Under the pieces are notes generated by a model. It saw only the letters and a list, made by a program, of their open reading frames with translations. It had not been told where the DNA came from and did no database searches. The translations under genes were made by a program, and so were the position numbers. Source: an uncultured Acidobacteriota bacterium (GTDB lineage Bacteria > Acidobacteriota > Vicinamibacteria > Vicinamibacterales > SCN-69-37). From it: a stretch of DNA of 64,000 nt. How positions within the stretch are numbered: position 1 is the first letter of the stretch; each line of letters starts with the position of its first letter. Shown one piece after another: positions 1 through 10,087 of this stretch. The stretch covers positions 31,498 to 95,497 of the forward strand of contig CAVVWN010000002.1 in assembly GCA_963752045.1 (NCBI GenBank), given 5' to 3'.

Positions 1-258
1 AACTCCGGGCCGGTCCAGTTCCTGGTAGAGGTCCGGGACGAACAGCTTGCAGGCCAGGCGCTCGCCGAAGAGCTCGACGTTCGTGCCGACGACCGGCCCC
101 AGATCGAGCACGACCGGCGCGGGCTGCCGGGCCACGGCCGCGAGAAAACGCGGCAGTACCTTCGACGCGGCCACCGCGTCGCTCGCCGTCTCATCCACGT
201 GAACCGCTGCCGGCGGTTCCTCGGGCTGGCGGCCCGCCCACTTGAAGAACGTCGCCAC
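1..258 (-). CDS. Class I SAM-dependent methyltransferase-like protein, N-terminal part (runs off window start)
   Basis: Hand translation from GTG at 258: MATFFKWAGRQ...PVVLDLGPVVGTNVELFGERLACKLFV, open to base 1; VLDLG motif I-like; co-oriented downstream of bactofilin. Confidence 0.55.
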   Translation of the reverse strand, partial: MATFFKWAGRQPEEPPAAVHVDETASDAVAASKVLPRFLAAVARQPAPVVLDLGPVVGTNVELFGERLACKLFVPDLYQELDRPGV

Positions 259-307
259 GCGAATCCGTCACGGCTCGACGGCGGCCAGCGGCCACCCGGA
301 CCGATGG

Positions 308-829
308 CTAGTGCGTCGCCGCGGCGACCGGCGTTGCCGGCGCGGGGCTCGCCGCAGTCGGCTTCGCGTCGGCTGCGCGCCCCTCGGCTTTCGCCCCTGC
401 CCGCTGCATGTCGATGCTGCCGCGGAAGTGCGCCCCGTCGGCAATCGACACGCGCGGCGCTGACACATCGCCGTCGACCGATCCGTTGTCGCGAATGTCG
501 ACTCGCTCGGTGGCGGAAATGTCGCCGTGGACGTCGCCCTGAATGACGACGATCTTGGCCACGATCTGAGCCTTGATCTTGCCGTTCGGGCCGATGGTGA
601 GCACGTTCTGCTTGAGCTCGATCTTCCCTTCGACCTGCCCTTCGATCGTCAGGTCCTCGCTCCCGGTCAGCTCACCCTTGATGACGACGCTCTTGCCGAT
701 GTTCACATTGTCCCTCATGGCCGTTCGGCTCGTGGCCTCCGGCCGACTCGACACCGGTTCCGGCGTTTCCCGCGCGGTGGTCGGCGCCGCCGGCTGCGGC
801 GCCCGAACAGGCTCTTCTCGTTTCCACAT
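308..829 (-). CDS. Bactofilin / polymer-forming cytoskeletal protein (CcmA family)
   Basis: NIGKSVVIKGELTGSEDLTIEGQVEGKI...GDVHGDISA...IADGAHFRGSIDM beta-helix repeats; likely start ATG 829 (MWKREE) after GGGGGC. Confidence 0.9.
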   Translation of the reverse strand: MWKREEPVRAPQPAAPTTARETPEPVSSRPEATSRTAMRDNVNIGKSVVIKGELTGSEDLTIEGQVEGKIELKQNVLTIGPNGKIKAQIVAKIVVIQGDVHGDISATERVDIRDNGSVDGDVSAPRVSIADGAHFRGSIDMQRAGAKAEGRAADAKPTAASPAPATPVAAATH

Positions 830-934
830 ATGTTTGCCCCCGGTCCCCCACTCTATCGGCTCGTCGGGCCCGATCTGTAGCCTGGATCCGACCCGGTCCG
901 GTGGCCGGATGCTACGATGGGACCCGAGAAACGC

Positions 935-2101
935 GTGCGGATCTACCTCGACTATAACGCCACTTCCCCGATGGATTCCGAGGTCATCGAGGCCGTTCAC
1001 TCGGCCATGGCGGAGAACTTCGGCAACCCGAGCTCGATTCATGCCTACGGCCAGCTGGCCAAGGCGGCGCTCGACGACGCGCGCGCATCGGTCGCCGCGC
1101 TCATCGGCGCCGGGCCGGCTGACGTCGTCTTCACATGCGGCGGGACCGAGTCGGACAACCTCGCGCTGCGCGGCGCCGCCGAGGCGCTCGAGGCCTCTGG
1201 CCGGCGCCAGCTCATCATCTCGGCCATCGAGCACGAGGCCGTGCTCACGACGTGCCGGGCGCTCGCGCGCCGAGGCTGGACCGTGACCGAGCTGCCGGCC
1301 GGCCAGTCCGGGGTGGTGACTCCCGACCGCCTGGCGGCCGCCCTCTCGCCGGACACCGCCCTCGTCTCGGTCATGCACGCGAACAACGAAGTCGGGACGA
1401 TTCAGCCGATCGCGGAGCTGGCAGCGCTGGCCAGGGCGGCCGGCGCGCTGTTCCACACCGACGCCGTCCAGTCAGCCGGCAAGATCCCGGTGTCGGTGCG
1501 GCAACTGGGCGTCGACCTGCTTTCGCTCTCCGGGCACAAGTTCGGCGGCCCGAAGGGCACCGGAGCGCTCTGGATTCGCCGGGGCGTTCGGCTGGTGCCA
1601 ACCTCGACCGGGGGCCGGCAGGAGCGCAACAGGCGCGCCGGTACCGAGAACCTCCCCGCCCTTGTGGGTCTCGGCGTGGCCGCCCGGCTCGCCGCCGCCC
1701 GGCTCCATGACCACACACGCCGCGTGGCCTCGCTGCGCGACCGGCTGGAGCGCGACATCCTCTCGGCCGTGCCAGACACGCTCGTCAACGGCGACACCGC
1801 GTGCCGCGTGCCCAACACGTCGAACGTCAGCTTCGACGGCGTGGAGGCTGAATCGCTGCTCATCGCCCTCGATCTCGAGGGCATTGCCGTCTCGACCGGA
1901 TCGGCCTGCTCGTCCGGATCGCTCGAGCCCTCCCATGTGCTCCGGGCCATGGGCCTCCCGGACGCCCGTACGCGCAACGCCATCCGTTTCAGCCTCGGCC
2001 CCGGCACGACCGAGTCGGACATCGCCGCGGTCGTGGCGGCTGTCCCCCGTGTCGTGCACAAGCTCCGCCACCTCGGCCGGACGGCGGCGGCACTCAGGTA
2101 G
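935..2101 (+). CDS. iscS: Cysteine desulfurase (NifS/IscS family)
   Basis: [31 protein letters not shown] (PLP Lys), STGSACSSG (catalytic Cys); adjacent to mnmA. Confidence 0.93.
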   Translation: MRIYLDYNATSPMDSEVIEAVHSAMAENFGNPSSIHAYGQLAKAALDDARASVAALIGAGPADVVFTCGGTESDNLALRGAAEALEASGRRQLIISAIEHEAVLTTCRALARRGWTVTELPAGQSGVVTPDRLAAALSPDTALVSVMHANNEVGTIQPIAELAALARAAGALFHTDAVQSAGKIPVSVRQLGVDLLSLSGHKFGGPKGTGALWIRRGVRLVPTSTGGRQERNRRAGTENLPALVGLGVAARLAAARLHDHTRRVASLRDRLERDILSAVPDTLVNGDTACRVPNTSNVSFDGVEAESLLIALDLEGIAVSTGSACSSGSLEPSHVLRAMGLPDARTRNAIRFSLGPGTTESDIAAVVAAVPRVVHKLRHLGRTAAALR

Positions 2102-2105
2102 TCTC

Positions 2106-3171
2106 ATGCGCATCGTCATTGCCATGTCCGGCGGCGTAGACTCGTCGGTCGCCGCGAGCCTGCTGGCCGACGCCGGCCACGACGTCATCGGTCTCTCGAT
2201 GCAGCTCTACGACCAGCGTGACTCGCCCGAGACGTTCGGCACGTGTTGCAGCATCGACGACCTGCACGACGCCCGTCGGGTGGCGGCCGCGCTCGGAATC
2301 CCGCACTACATCGTCAATTTCGAAGCGCCGTTCCGGCGGCTGGTGATGGACAACTTCATCGCCGAGTACGCGTCCGGTCGCACGCCCATTCCGTGCGTTC
2401 ACTGCAATGCCGACCTCAAGTTCGCCACGCTCGCCGACAAGGCGGCGGGCTTCGGTGCGGCCGCAGTAGCCACCGGCCACTATGCACGCGTCGTCTTCGA
2501 CGAGGACCGCCGGCAGTATCGGCTCCTCCGCGGCGTCGATCCCGAGAAGGACCAGTCGTACTTCCTGTTCTCGCTCACGCAGGAGCAACTCGCACACGCC
2601 GTCTTTCCGGTTGGACACATGACGAAGGCCGAAGTTCGGGCCTACGCGGCCAGCCGGGCAATCCCGGTGGCCGACAAGGCCGACAGCCACGAGATTCTGC
2701 TTCGTGCCCGACGGGAACACCGCGGGTTTCGTCGAGCGCCACCTCGAGGCCGCGATGCCGGAAGGCGACATGGTCGATACGTCCGGTCGCGTGGTCGGGC
2801 GCCATCGGGGCATTCACCGTTTCACGATTGGCCAGCGGAAGGGCCTCGGCCTCGAGACCGGGTCACCCATGTATGTGCTGAAACTGGTGCCGGACGAGGC
2901 GCGGGTCGTCGTCGGGCCGCGCGAAGCGCTCGGCAGGGACACCCTGACGGCATCTTCGGTGAACTGGGTGATGGGGCGTCCGCCCGAGGGCCCCGTGCGC
3001 GTGACGGCGCGGATACGCCACCGGCATCACGATGCTCCGGCACTGGTTGACGCGGACGCGAGCGGACGGGCCAGCCTGCGCTTCGACGAGCCGCAGATGG
3101 CCGTCACTCCGGGTCAGGCCGTGGTGTTCTACGACGGCGAGACGGTCCTCGGCGGCGGGTGGATCGACTGA
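2106..3171 (+). CDS. mnmA: tRNA 2-thiouridine(34) synthase MnmA; +1 frameshift near 2696
   Basis: [32 protein letters not shown] in one frame; [10 protein letters not shown] and [11 protein letters not shown] in the next; GAGATTCTGCTTC versus expected GAG ATC TGC TTC (EICF). Confidence 0.93.
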
Positions 3172-3175
3172 GAGG

Positions 3176-4108
3176 TCAGAGCCCCTCGTGCTCGAGGAAG
3201 CGCTCCGCGTCGAGCGCGGCCATGCAGCCTGAGCCGGCCGCCGTGATCGCCTGGCGGTAGACGTGGTCCTGCACGTCGCCGCACGCGAACACGCCGGGCA
3301 CGTTCGTCTTCGCGCCGTCCCGCGTGACGAGATAGCCGGTCTCGTCCATCTCGAGCTGACCGGTGAACAGGCTCGTGTTCGGCCGGTGCCCGATCGCCAC
3401 GAACACGCCCTCGACCGGCACGTCCTTCGTTTGGCCCGTCTTCAGGTTGCGCAGCCGAATCGCGGAGACCAGCCCCTGTTGCGGGTCGAGCACGTCGAGG
3501 ACTTCCGAATCCCACTCGAACGAGATCTTCGGATTGGCAAACGCCTTGTCCTGCATGATCTTCGATGCCCGCAGCGTGTCGCGGCGATGAACGACCGTGA
3601 CACTTGACGCGAACCGTGTCAGAAAGACCGCTTCCTCCATCGCCGAATCGCCGCCGCCAATGACGGCAATCGGCTTGCCGCGGAAGAAGAACCCGTCACA
3701 GGTGGCGCAGGTCGACACGCCGCGCCCCATGAGAAGCCGCTCCGACGGGAGCCCCAGGAGTTTCGCCGAGGCGCCCGTCGCGATGACCAGCGCGTGGGTG
3801 GCGAACGTGCCCTCGTCGGTCGTGATGGAAAACGGCCGACGGCTGAGGTCGACCGCGCTGACATTGCCGCGCACCAGTTCCGCGCCGAATCGTTCGGCCT
3901 GCGCGCGCATCGCCGCCATCAGGTCGGGCCCCATGATGCCCTCCTGAAAGCCGGGAAAGTTCTCGACGGCGGTGGTCAGCATCAACTGACCTCCGGCCTC
4001 GAGCCCTTCAATCACGAGCGGCTTCAGGTTGGCGCGGGCCGTGTAGAGCGCGGCCGTGAGGCCCGCAGGCCCTGAGCCGATGATGACGACGTGACGCGTG
4101 TCCGACAT
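3176..4108 (-). CDS. trxB: Thioredoxin-disulfide reductase
   Basis: [14 protein letters not shown] active site, [24 protein letters not shown]. Confidence 0.97.
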   Translation of the reverse strand: MSDTRHVVIIGSGPAGLTAALYTARANLKPLVIEGLEAGGQLMLTTAVENFPGFQEGIMGPDLMAAMRAQAERFGAELVRGNVSAVDLSRRPFSITTDEGTFATHALVIATGASAKLLGLPSERLLMGRGVSTCATCDGFFFRGKPIAVIGGGDSAMEEAVFLTRFASSVTVVHRRDTLRASKIMQDKAFANPKISFEWDSEVLDVLDPQQGLVSAIRLRNLKTGQTKDVPVEGVFVAIGHRPNTSLFTGQLEMDETGYLVTRDGAKTNVPGVFACGDVQDHVYRQAITAAGSGCMAALDAERFLEHEGL

Positions 4109-4135
4109 GTGTGGCCGAGGATCGAGGCGCGGGTG

Positions 4136-4462
4136 TCAGAGGTGACGGTCGACCATCTGCGCAAGCGACCCTTTGTCGACGAGGCCGACGATCTGATCGA
4201 CGATCTGTCCGTCCTTGAAGAGAATCACCGTCGGAATACCGCGCACCATGTATTTCATCGTCGTGCCCGGATTGTCGTCGACGTTGAGCTTGCCCACGGT
4301 CACTCTTCCCGCATAGTCGCCGGCAAAGGCCTTGATGGCCGGCTCCATGGCCCGGCACGGGCCGCACCACTCCGCCCAGAAATCCACGACGACCGGGGTC
4401 GCGGCCTTGAGCACGTCGCTTTCAAAGTTGGTGTCCGTGAACGTCTGAATGCCTTCCGCCAT
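4136..4462 (-). CDS. trxA: Thioredoxin
   Basis: VDFWAEWCGPC; about 108 aa; upstream of trxB. Confidence 0.95.
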   Translation of the reverse strand: MAEGIQTFTDTNFESDVLKAATPVVVDFWAEWCGPCRAMEPAIKAFAGDYAGRVTVGKLNVDDNPGTTMKYMVRGIPTVILFKDGQIVDQIVGLVDKGSLAQMVDRHL

Positions 4463-4540
4463 GTCGCTCCACTCTGCCCTTTCCGCCTCCGGCCCCATCA
4501 TCGGGCCCGGACCATTGTCACATCCTTGGACGCGCGTGTC

Positions 4541-6055
4541 TCATCGATCGTGTCGCGCCCGCCTGTACACTCTGCCATAGTCCCTGGCCCGCTTCCGCCA
4601 GGAGTGGTCCTCGGACATGCCCTGCTGCATGAGCTTCGCCCAGGCCGCCTCGTCACGATACACGCGTAGCGCCTGGCGAACCGTGCGGACGAGCGCGTCG
4701 GGCGTCGCCTCCCGGAACTTGAACCCGTTCGCCCGGAGCGCCCTGGCCGTATAGGGCTGAACGGTATCGTCGAGCCCCCCGACGCCCCGCACGATCGGCA
4801 CCGTGCCGTACCGGAGACTGTACATCTGGTTCAAGCCGCAGGGCTCGAACCGCGACGGCATGAGAAACGCGTCCGCGCCGGCCTCGACGAGGTGCGCGAG
4901 GCCCTCGTCGAAGCCGACGACGGCACCCACGCGCGTCGGATGCACAGCAGCCATATGCTCGAGCCACCGCTCGTAGCGCGCGTCGCCGGTGCCGAGGAAC
5001 ACCCACGTGGCGTCGAGTCCGACGAGCGACGGGCTGGCCGCCTTGATGAGATCCAGCCCCTTCTGATCGACCAACCGGCTGACGAGGCCGATGAGCGGCC
5101 GACTGACGGCATCGTCCCCCAGCGGAAAGCCGAAACGCTCCAGGAGTGCGCGCTTGCACGTCGCCTTCCCGGAGAGTTCTCGACGACTGTAGGTGGCCGG
5201 GAGCAGCGGGTCCCGCTCCGGGTCCCACAACCGGTCGTCGATGCCGTTGAGGATGCCCAGGTAGCGGCTGCCCTTGGCTGACAGCACGCCTTCGAGACCA
5301 CAGCCGTAGGCGGGCGTGAGCGTTTCGCGTGCGTATGACGGGCTGACCGTCGTCACCCAGTCGCTGTAGTTGATGCCGGCCTTGAGCAGGCTGAACTGGC
5401 CCCAGAACTCGCCGGTCTCCATCTCGAATGCGGTCCACGGCAACCCGAGCTGCGTCACCGTCTCGCGCGGCGAAAGCCCCTGGTACGCCAGGTTGTGGAT
5501 CGTGAAGACGCGGCCGGCCTGCGCCATCCCGGGCCAGCGCGCCGGGTCCGTCGCGAGGAGCGTCGGCACGAGGCCGGCCTGCCAGTCGTGGCTGTGCACG
5601 ACGTCGTACGGCCCTTCGGCATCGCGCTCGCCCACCGACAGCGCCGCGGCCGCGAGCACGGCGAAGCGCTCGGCGCTGTCCTCGTAGTCCCGACCGCCCT
5701 CCCCGTACAGGCCGACGCGATCGAAGTGAGTGGGCGAATCGACGAAGACGACACGGTGACGAGGGCCGACATCGGCGCTCTCGAGGCCAACGTCGGCACG
5801 GACCTCGCCGACGCTGACATGCAGGCTGGACCGCGATGAGGCCGGGACACGAACCTGCCGGTACTTCGGAGTGACAACGGTCACCCGGTGGCCCAGGTCG
5901 GCGAGCGCCGACGGGAGGCCACCGAGGACGTCGGCCAGCCCGCCGGTCTTCGAGTACGGCGCCACCTCCGAAGCCACCATGAGCACGCGCAATGCCGGAG
6001 GTCGGCCGGCTCGTCGACGACGCTCGCGATCGGCACCGTTCTCGGTCGGGGTCAC
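4541..6055 (-). CDS. glgA: Glycogen synthase
   Basis: SEVAPYSKTGGLADV, HSHDWQ, TIHNLAYQG, PSRFEPCGLNQ, GGLDDTV. Confidence 0.95.
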   Translation of the reverse strand: MTPTENGADRERRRRAGRPPALRVLMVASEVAPYSKTGGLADVLGGLPSALADLGHRVTVVTPKYRQVRVPASSRSSLHVSVGEVRADVGLESADVGPRHRVVFVDSPTHFDRVGLYGEGGRDYEDSAERFAVLAAAALSVGERDAEGPYDVVHSHDWQAGLVPTLLATDPARWPGMAQAGRVFTIHNLAYQGLSPRETVTQLGLPWTAFEMETGEFWGQFSLLKAGINYSDWVTTVSPSYARETLTPAYGCGLEGVLSAKGSRYLGILNGIDDRLWDPERDPLLPATYSRRELSGKATCKRALLERFGFPLGDDAVSRPLIGLVSRLVDQKGLDLIKAASPSLVGLDATWVFLGTGDARYERWLEHMAAVHPTRVGAVVGFDEGLAHLVEAGADAFLMPSRFEPCGLNQMYSLRYGTVPIVRGVGGLDDTVQPYTARALRANGFKFREATPDALVRTVRQALRVYRDEAAWAKLMQQGMSEDHSWRKRARDYGRVYRRARHDR

Positions 6056-6172
6056 AATCGGCCAGTCTAGCAGGCCACGGGAGGGTTGGTGAATCGCGAA
6101 AGTCGGGGCGCCGAGACTTCCGGCGCCGGCATCAGCCAGGCCAGGCGGAACTGCGTCAGCGAGGCCGGCAGG

Positions 6173-7078
6173 CTAGCGAGCAGGCTCGCTCGGCACGAGA
6201 CCGCCGTCGAGCCCCTGGGTTCGCGCCACCAGCCACTGGAACAGGTGCCGCGCTTCGGCGAAACGGAGGCTGCTCGTCGACGCACCCAGCACGACCACAG
6301 ACACCTGCGGTCCCTGGGGAATCTGCACGAGGGTGGCCAGGCAGTACCCCGCCTTCCGGATGAAGCCGGTCTTTCCGCCAAGAACGTCCACTTCGGTGCC
6401 GAGCAGCCGGTTGGTGCTCTTGATCTTGATGGTGCGCCGGTTGGTGCGCGCATCGTAGGTCGCCCGGCGCATGATGCGCGACAGGCGATCGTCGGACGCC
6501 GCATACGCGACCAGTTGCGAGACGTCGTACGCCGACGACACGTTGCGGGCATCGAGGCCGGATGGATCCGCGTACTCGGTGTTGGTCAGGCCCAGGCTCG
6601 TGGCCATCCCATTCATCCGGGCCACGAACGCGGCCGTGCCGCCTTCCGATGTGCGGGCAAGCACGCGCGCCGCGGCGTTGTCCGATGCGATGAGCGTGAG
6701 GTGCAGCAGATCGCCATGGGAGATCCGCTCGCCTGCCTGGAGGTAGGTCACCGACGCATTCCGCACGTCGGCACGCGTCACGAGCACCTGCTGGCTGAGG
6801 TCGGGGGCCTCGGCGAGGAAGGTCACGGCCGTCATCAGCTTGGTCAGGCTGGCAATCGACCGCTGGTCGTGCATGTTCTCTTCCCACAGGACCGCGCCGG
6901 TCTGCGGGTCATAGATGATTGCGGCTGCGGCGCGCACGTGCGGCACGACGTTGCCGAGCATGTCGCGCTTGTAACTCGGCGTAGACGCCGACTGCGCGCT
7001 GACCACTGCGCCGGTGCCGAACGTCAGCATGACGCCAGCAAGCACCAGCACGCGAACCGACTGAGGTATTACACGCAC
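6173..7078 (-). CDS. D-alanyl-D-alanine carboxypeptidase/endopeptidase (peptidase S11, PBP7-like)
   Basis: Signal peptide; SxxK (SLTK), SDN and KTG motifs. Confidence 0.88.
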   Translation of the reverse strand: MRVIPQSVRVLVLAGVMLTFGTGAVVSAQSASTPSYKRDMLGNVVPHVRAAAAIIYDPQTGAVLWEENMHDQRSIASLTKLMTAVTFLAEAPDLSQQVLVTRADVRNASVTYLQAGERISHGDLLHLTLIASDNAAARVLARTSEGGTAAFVARMNGMATSLGLTNTEYADPSGLDARNVSSAYDVSQLVAYAASDDRLSRIMRRATYDARTNRRTIKIKSTNRLLGTEVDVLGGKTGFIRKAGYCLATLVQIPQGPQVSVVVLGASTSSLRFAEARHLFQWLVARTQGLDGGLVPSEPAR

Positions 7079-7541
7079 GCGTCCTCCGTCACCCGTCCGC
7101 CTCCCGACTCGGGAGCCGCCATCTCACAGAAAAGTGCAGGAATGGTACCATCCAAGTGCTTGCGCCGCAACGGGTACCGGCGGCCGGCAGCCCCCGCCAT
7201 CCCCGGAGATGGCTTCGGGACGCCGAGGCAGGGCCACCCAAGGGTTATCGACCGCAGGGACGCAGTGCCGTAGCAGAGGCAACCGGCAAGGCACGTCGTG
7301 CCTTTCTGCGGCAGCGGCCCGAAGGACTTCTCCGCACGTCGCGGCACGCGACGGGAACAAATGGAATCAAGATCCAATCGTTTGGTGTCAGAAATCCAAC
7401 GGCAGTCAACAGGCGCTGCCGGTTTCCCGACTCTGCCGTCCCAGGAGACAGCCAGCCGGATCTCTCAAATCAGCGGGAATCGCGACGCATTCGCAGTCTG
7501 TTGCCAGACGGAGCAGTCGCCGCTGCTCCGACCGAGAACAC

Positions 7542-7557
7542 GGGCCCAATTCTTGCA
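7542..7557 (+). promoter_or_regulatory. Putative sigma-54 (-24/-12) promoter
   Basis: GG(7543-44)-N10-GC(7555-56) in GGGCCCAATTCTTGCA, with TTGCA at -12; about 24 nt upstream of ATG 7580. Confidence 0.45.
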
Positions 7558-7579
7558 ACTCGGCCGCCTAGAGAACGCG

Positions 7580-7789
7580 ATGAGCCTCGTCAAACTACTC
7601 GGATTCACGACGCTGGGCTGCGGGTGCGTGCTCGGACGGTACCGCGAGGTCGGCACCAACCGGGAAGTGACCTATATCGAAGAGAAGGGCACCTCCTGCT
7701 CCCTGCGGAACCACCTGCGCAACCAGCCTCTGAGCGCCGGCCGGGTGGCACACGGATTCCGCGCGGCCGACACCGCCCAGGCGTCCTAG
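7580..7789 (+). CDS. Small hypothetical protein (69 aa) with CGC motif and distal Cys/His
   Basis: MSLVKLLGFTTLGCGCVLGRYREVG...CSLRNH; typical GC3-rich codon usage; fills the intergenic gap. Confidence 0.6.
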   Translation: MSLVKLLGFTTLGCGCVLGRYREVGTNREVTYIEEKGTSCSLRNHLRNQPLSAGRVAHGFRAADTAQAS

Positions 7790-7873
7790 CCCGTTCCGAA
7801 GCTGCCCGTGCGCCGCCCGGGCGCGCGCCCCTCCCTGTACTCGCAACCGCGAACGGCCGAAAAGCCCTAGCGT

Positions 7874-8782
7874 ATGGGCCTTGCACTGCTCTCCCCCAGG
7901 TCGGCTCGTCCCAGTTTCGACTTCGAAGTTGGCCGCTCCCGGATTCGCCTCTACCAGGGCGACTGCGTGTCGGTCCTCTCGGCGCTCGAACCGGCCTCAA
8001 TCGGCGTCGTGATCACCTCTCCACCGTACAATCTCGGCATCAAGTACCGGAGCTACGCTGACGATCTGCCCCGGGCCGACTACCTGTCCTGGACGGACCA
8101 GTGGATCCGCCGGGTGCGCCGGGTGGCCGACGAGCAGGCGTCGTTCTTCCTGAACGTCGGCGCCAAGCCCACCGACCCATGGATTCCGCTCGAAGTCGCC
8201 CAGGTTGCCCGTCGCCATTTCAAGCTGCAGAACACCATCCACTGGGTCAAGTCCATCGCCATCGAACGGGCGCAGGCCGGATCGGCAGTCGGACTCGAGC
8301 GAGACGTCGCCGTCGGGCACTACAAGCCGATCAACAGCGACCGCTTCGTCAACGACTGCCACGAGTACATCTTCCACTTCTCGCCGGCCGGCCGTACGCG
8401 GCTCGACCGCCGGGCCGTCGGCGTGCCGTATCAGGACCCGTCGAACGTCAAGCGGTGGGCCTCATCCGGCAACGGGCTGCGCTGCCGCGGCAATACGTGG
8501 TTCGTTCCGTACGAGACGATCCAGAGCCGGGATCGCGACCGGCCCCATCCGGCGTCCTTCCCGCCGAAGGTCCCCGAGCAGTGCATTCGCCTGCACGGCC
8601 TCGACCGTGCTGGCGCCATACTCGATCCGTTTCTGGGGCTTGGGAATACGGCGATCGCCGCCGTGCGGCTGGGCCTCGACTTCGTCGGCATCGAGCTCGA
8701 CGGCCACTACCTCGAGGAATCCGTCCGCCGCATCAAAGCGGCGGCGCCCGACGATCGCAAGCGCACGCGAACCCGGCCGTAG
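7874..8782 (+). CDS. Site-specific DNA methyltransferase (N4-C/N6-A, beta class), orphan
   Basis: Catalytic TSPPYN motif before SAM-binding LDPFLGLG; HPASFP; GIEL. Confidence 0.9.
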   Translation: MGLALLSPRSARPSFDFEVGRSRIRLYQGDCVSVLSALEPASIGVVITSPPYNLGIKYRSYADDLPRADYLSWTDQWIRRVRRVADEQASFFLNVGAKPTDPWIPLEVAQVARRHFKLQNTIHWVKSIAIERAQAGSAVGLERDVAVGHYKPINSDRFVNDCHEYIFHFSPAGRTRLDRRAVGVPYQDPSNVKRWASSGNGLRCRGNTWFVPYETIQSRDRDRPHPASFPPKVPEQCIRLHGLDRAGAILDPFLGLGNTAIAAVRLGLDFVGIELDGHYLEESVRRIKAAAPDDRKRTRTRP

Positions 8783-10087
8783 CTAGCGCCGGTTTCCGGA
8801 GCGGTCCAGCGTGTACTCAGGCTTGTACTGCAACGACACTTCCGGCCGGCTTGGCGTCTTGATCTCGACGATGCGCCGCACGCGAAGCGGGTCCGGATTC
8901 GTGCTGCTGTATCCGATGATGTAGTAGTCGCTGGTCTCAGCGTCGATGCGCTGCAGCCCGCGCCGGAAGTCGTTCGTGTTGACGATGGCAAAACCACCGG
9001 TCTCCTCGGCCAGGATCTGCAGCGAGCTGATCGTGGTCGTGATCCACTCGCGCCATTCCCCCACCGACAGCGTGTTGTTGAGCGTGGGGCCGGCGTCGAG
9101 CCCGCGGGGATCGACGGTGTAGAAGACCACGTTCGCACGCCGCGCGGCGCGCGTGAGCTCCGCGATCTGCGCGACCAGGTCCGTTTCCGCAAACTGCTGC
9201 CCGCTCGATTCGAACGGATTCTCCCAGCGCGACTGGACCGCCGGGCTGACCACGGAGCTGTCCGGGTCGGTCGGCTCGGGCCCACCAGACGCCGTCATCC
9301 ACTCGTACTGCTCCTTCGCCTGCTTGTAGCGCGAGTCCTTGAACGGGTTGAACGAATAGCCGCTGCTCACATAGATGAACGACTTGCGCCGATCGGTAAT
9401 CTGGCTGGCCTGCGCGAGGATGTCGTAGGCGGTCCGAAACGCCACGTTCGCGTTGTAGCGGAGCTTCGAAATGCCCTCGGACGACTCGGGCATGGCGAGC
9501 ACTTCCTGCGGCGTATCGGCGCTGCCCATCAGCTTGTTGATGGCTTCGTTGAACCGGCGCCGGTTGAAATCGTACGTGAGGTCGGTCGAAATCGACGAGA
9601 ACCCGGTCGACACGAGGCCGATGAGATCGTTGTCGTGAATGACCTCGTCGCGGATCTGCTCGAGCACCTTCCTCGCCCGAATCGAGTCGGCCGGCTGCAG
9701 ATGCATGTCGTCGATGAAGATGATGAAGATCCGCCCGGAGACGTCCGTTCGCGCCCGGCTCTTGGGCAGGATGAGGCCTTCGCGGGGCGCGTCGCTCGCC
9801 CGCGGCGTGAGATCGCCCATGGCGCGCCCGCCGATGATCGGCTCGAAGTGCGCGATGGTCTGCTTGACGCCGTCCTCGTAGACCTCGAAATCCTCGGGCC
9901 GGAGGTTGGCGACGAACTGTCCGCTGGAGTCCTTGGCGATGACGTCCGTGGTGACGTAGTCGGACCTACCCCGAAACGTCGTCTGGTTCTGTCCCTGGGG
10001 CGTCGGGGTCTGTCCCGATACGACGGCCGTCGCCACCAGCATCGGGAACCCGATCCGTCCCAGCCACCTGCGGGCTTTCCAACGCAT
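8783..10087 (-). CDS. VWA domain protein (VWFA-related acidobacterial type)
   Basis: Signal peptide; TFR..DYVTTDVIAKD..GQFVANLRPEDFEVYEDGVKQTI; LAEETGG; YYIIGYSS; GGAG RBS before ATG 10087. Confidence 0.85.
   Translation of the reverse strand: MRWKARRWLGRIGFPMLVATAVVSGQTPTPQGQNQTTFRGRSDYVTTDVIAKDSSGQFVANLRPEDFEVYEDGVKQTIAHFEPIIGGRAMGDLTPRASDAPREGLILPKSRARTDVSGRIFIIFIDDMHLQPADSIRARKVLEQIRDEVIHDNDLIGLVSTGFSSISTDLTYDFNRRRFNEAINKLMGSADTPQEVLAMPESSEGISKLRYNANVAFRTAYDILAQASQITDRRKSFIYVSSGYSFNPFKDSRYKQAKEQYEWMTASGGPEPTDPDSSVVSPAVQSRWENPFESSGQQFAETDLVAQIAELTRAARRANVVFYTVDPRGLDAGPTLNNTLSVGEWREWITTTISSLQILAEETGGFAIVNTNDFRRGLQRIDAETSDYYIIGYSSTNPDPLRVRRIVEIKTPSRPEVSLQYKPEYTLDRSGNRR

Noticed and set aside
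830-1456. N-terminal extension of the bactofilin ORF (308-1456)
   Set aside because: Antisense to iscS; the plausible start is 829.
7150-7330. Riboswitch upstream of the peptidase S11 gene
   Set aside because: Hairpins are present, but I could not match consensus motifs of c-di-AMP, c-di-GMP or other known riboswitches; needs an Infernal/Rfam scan.
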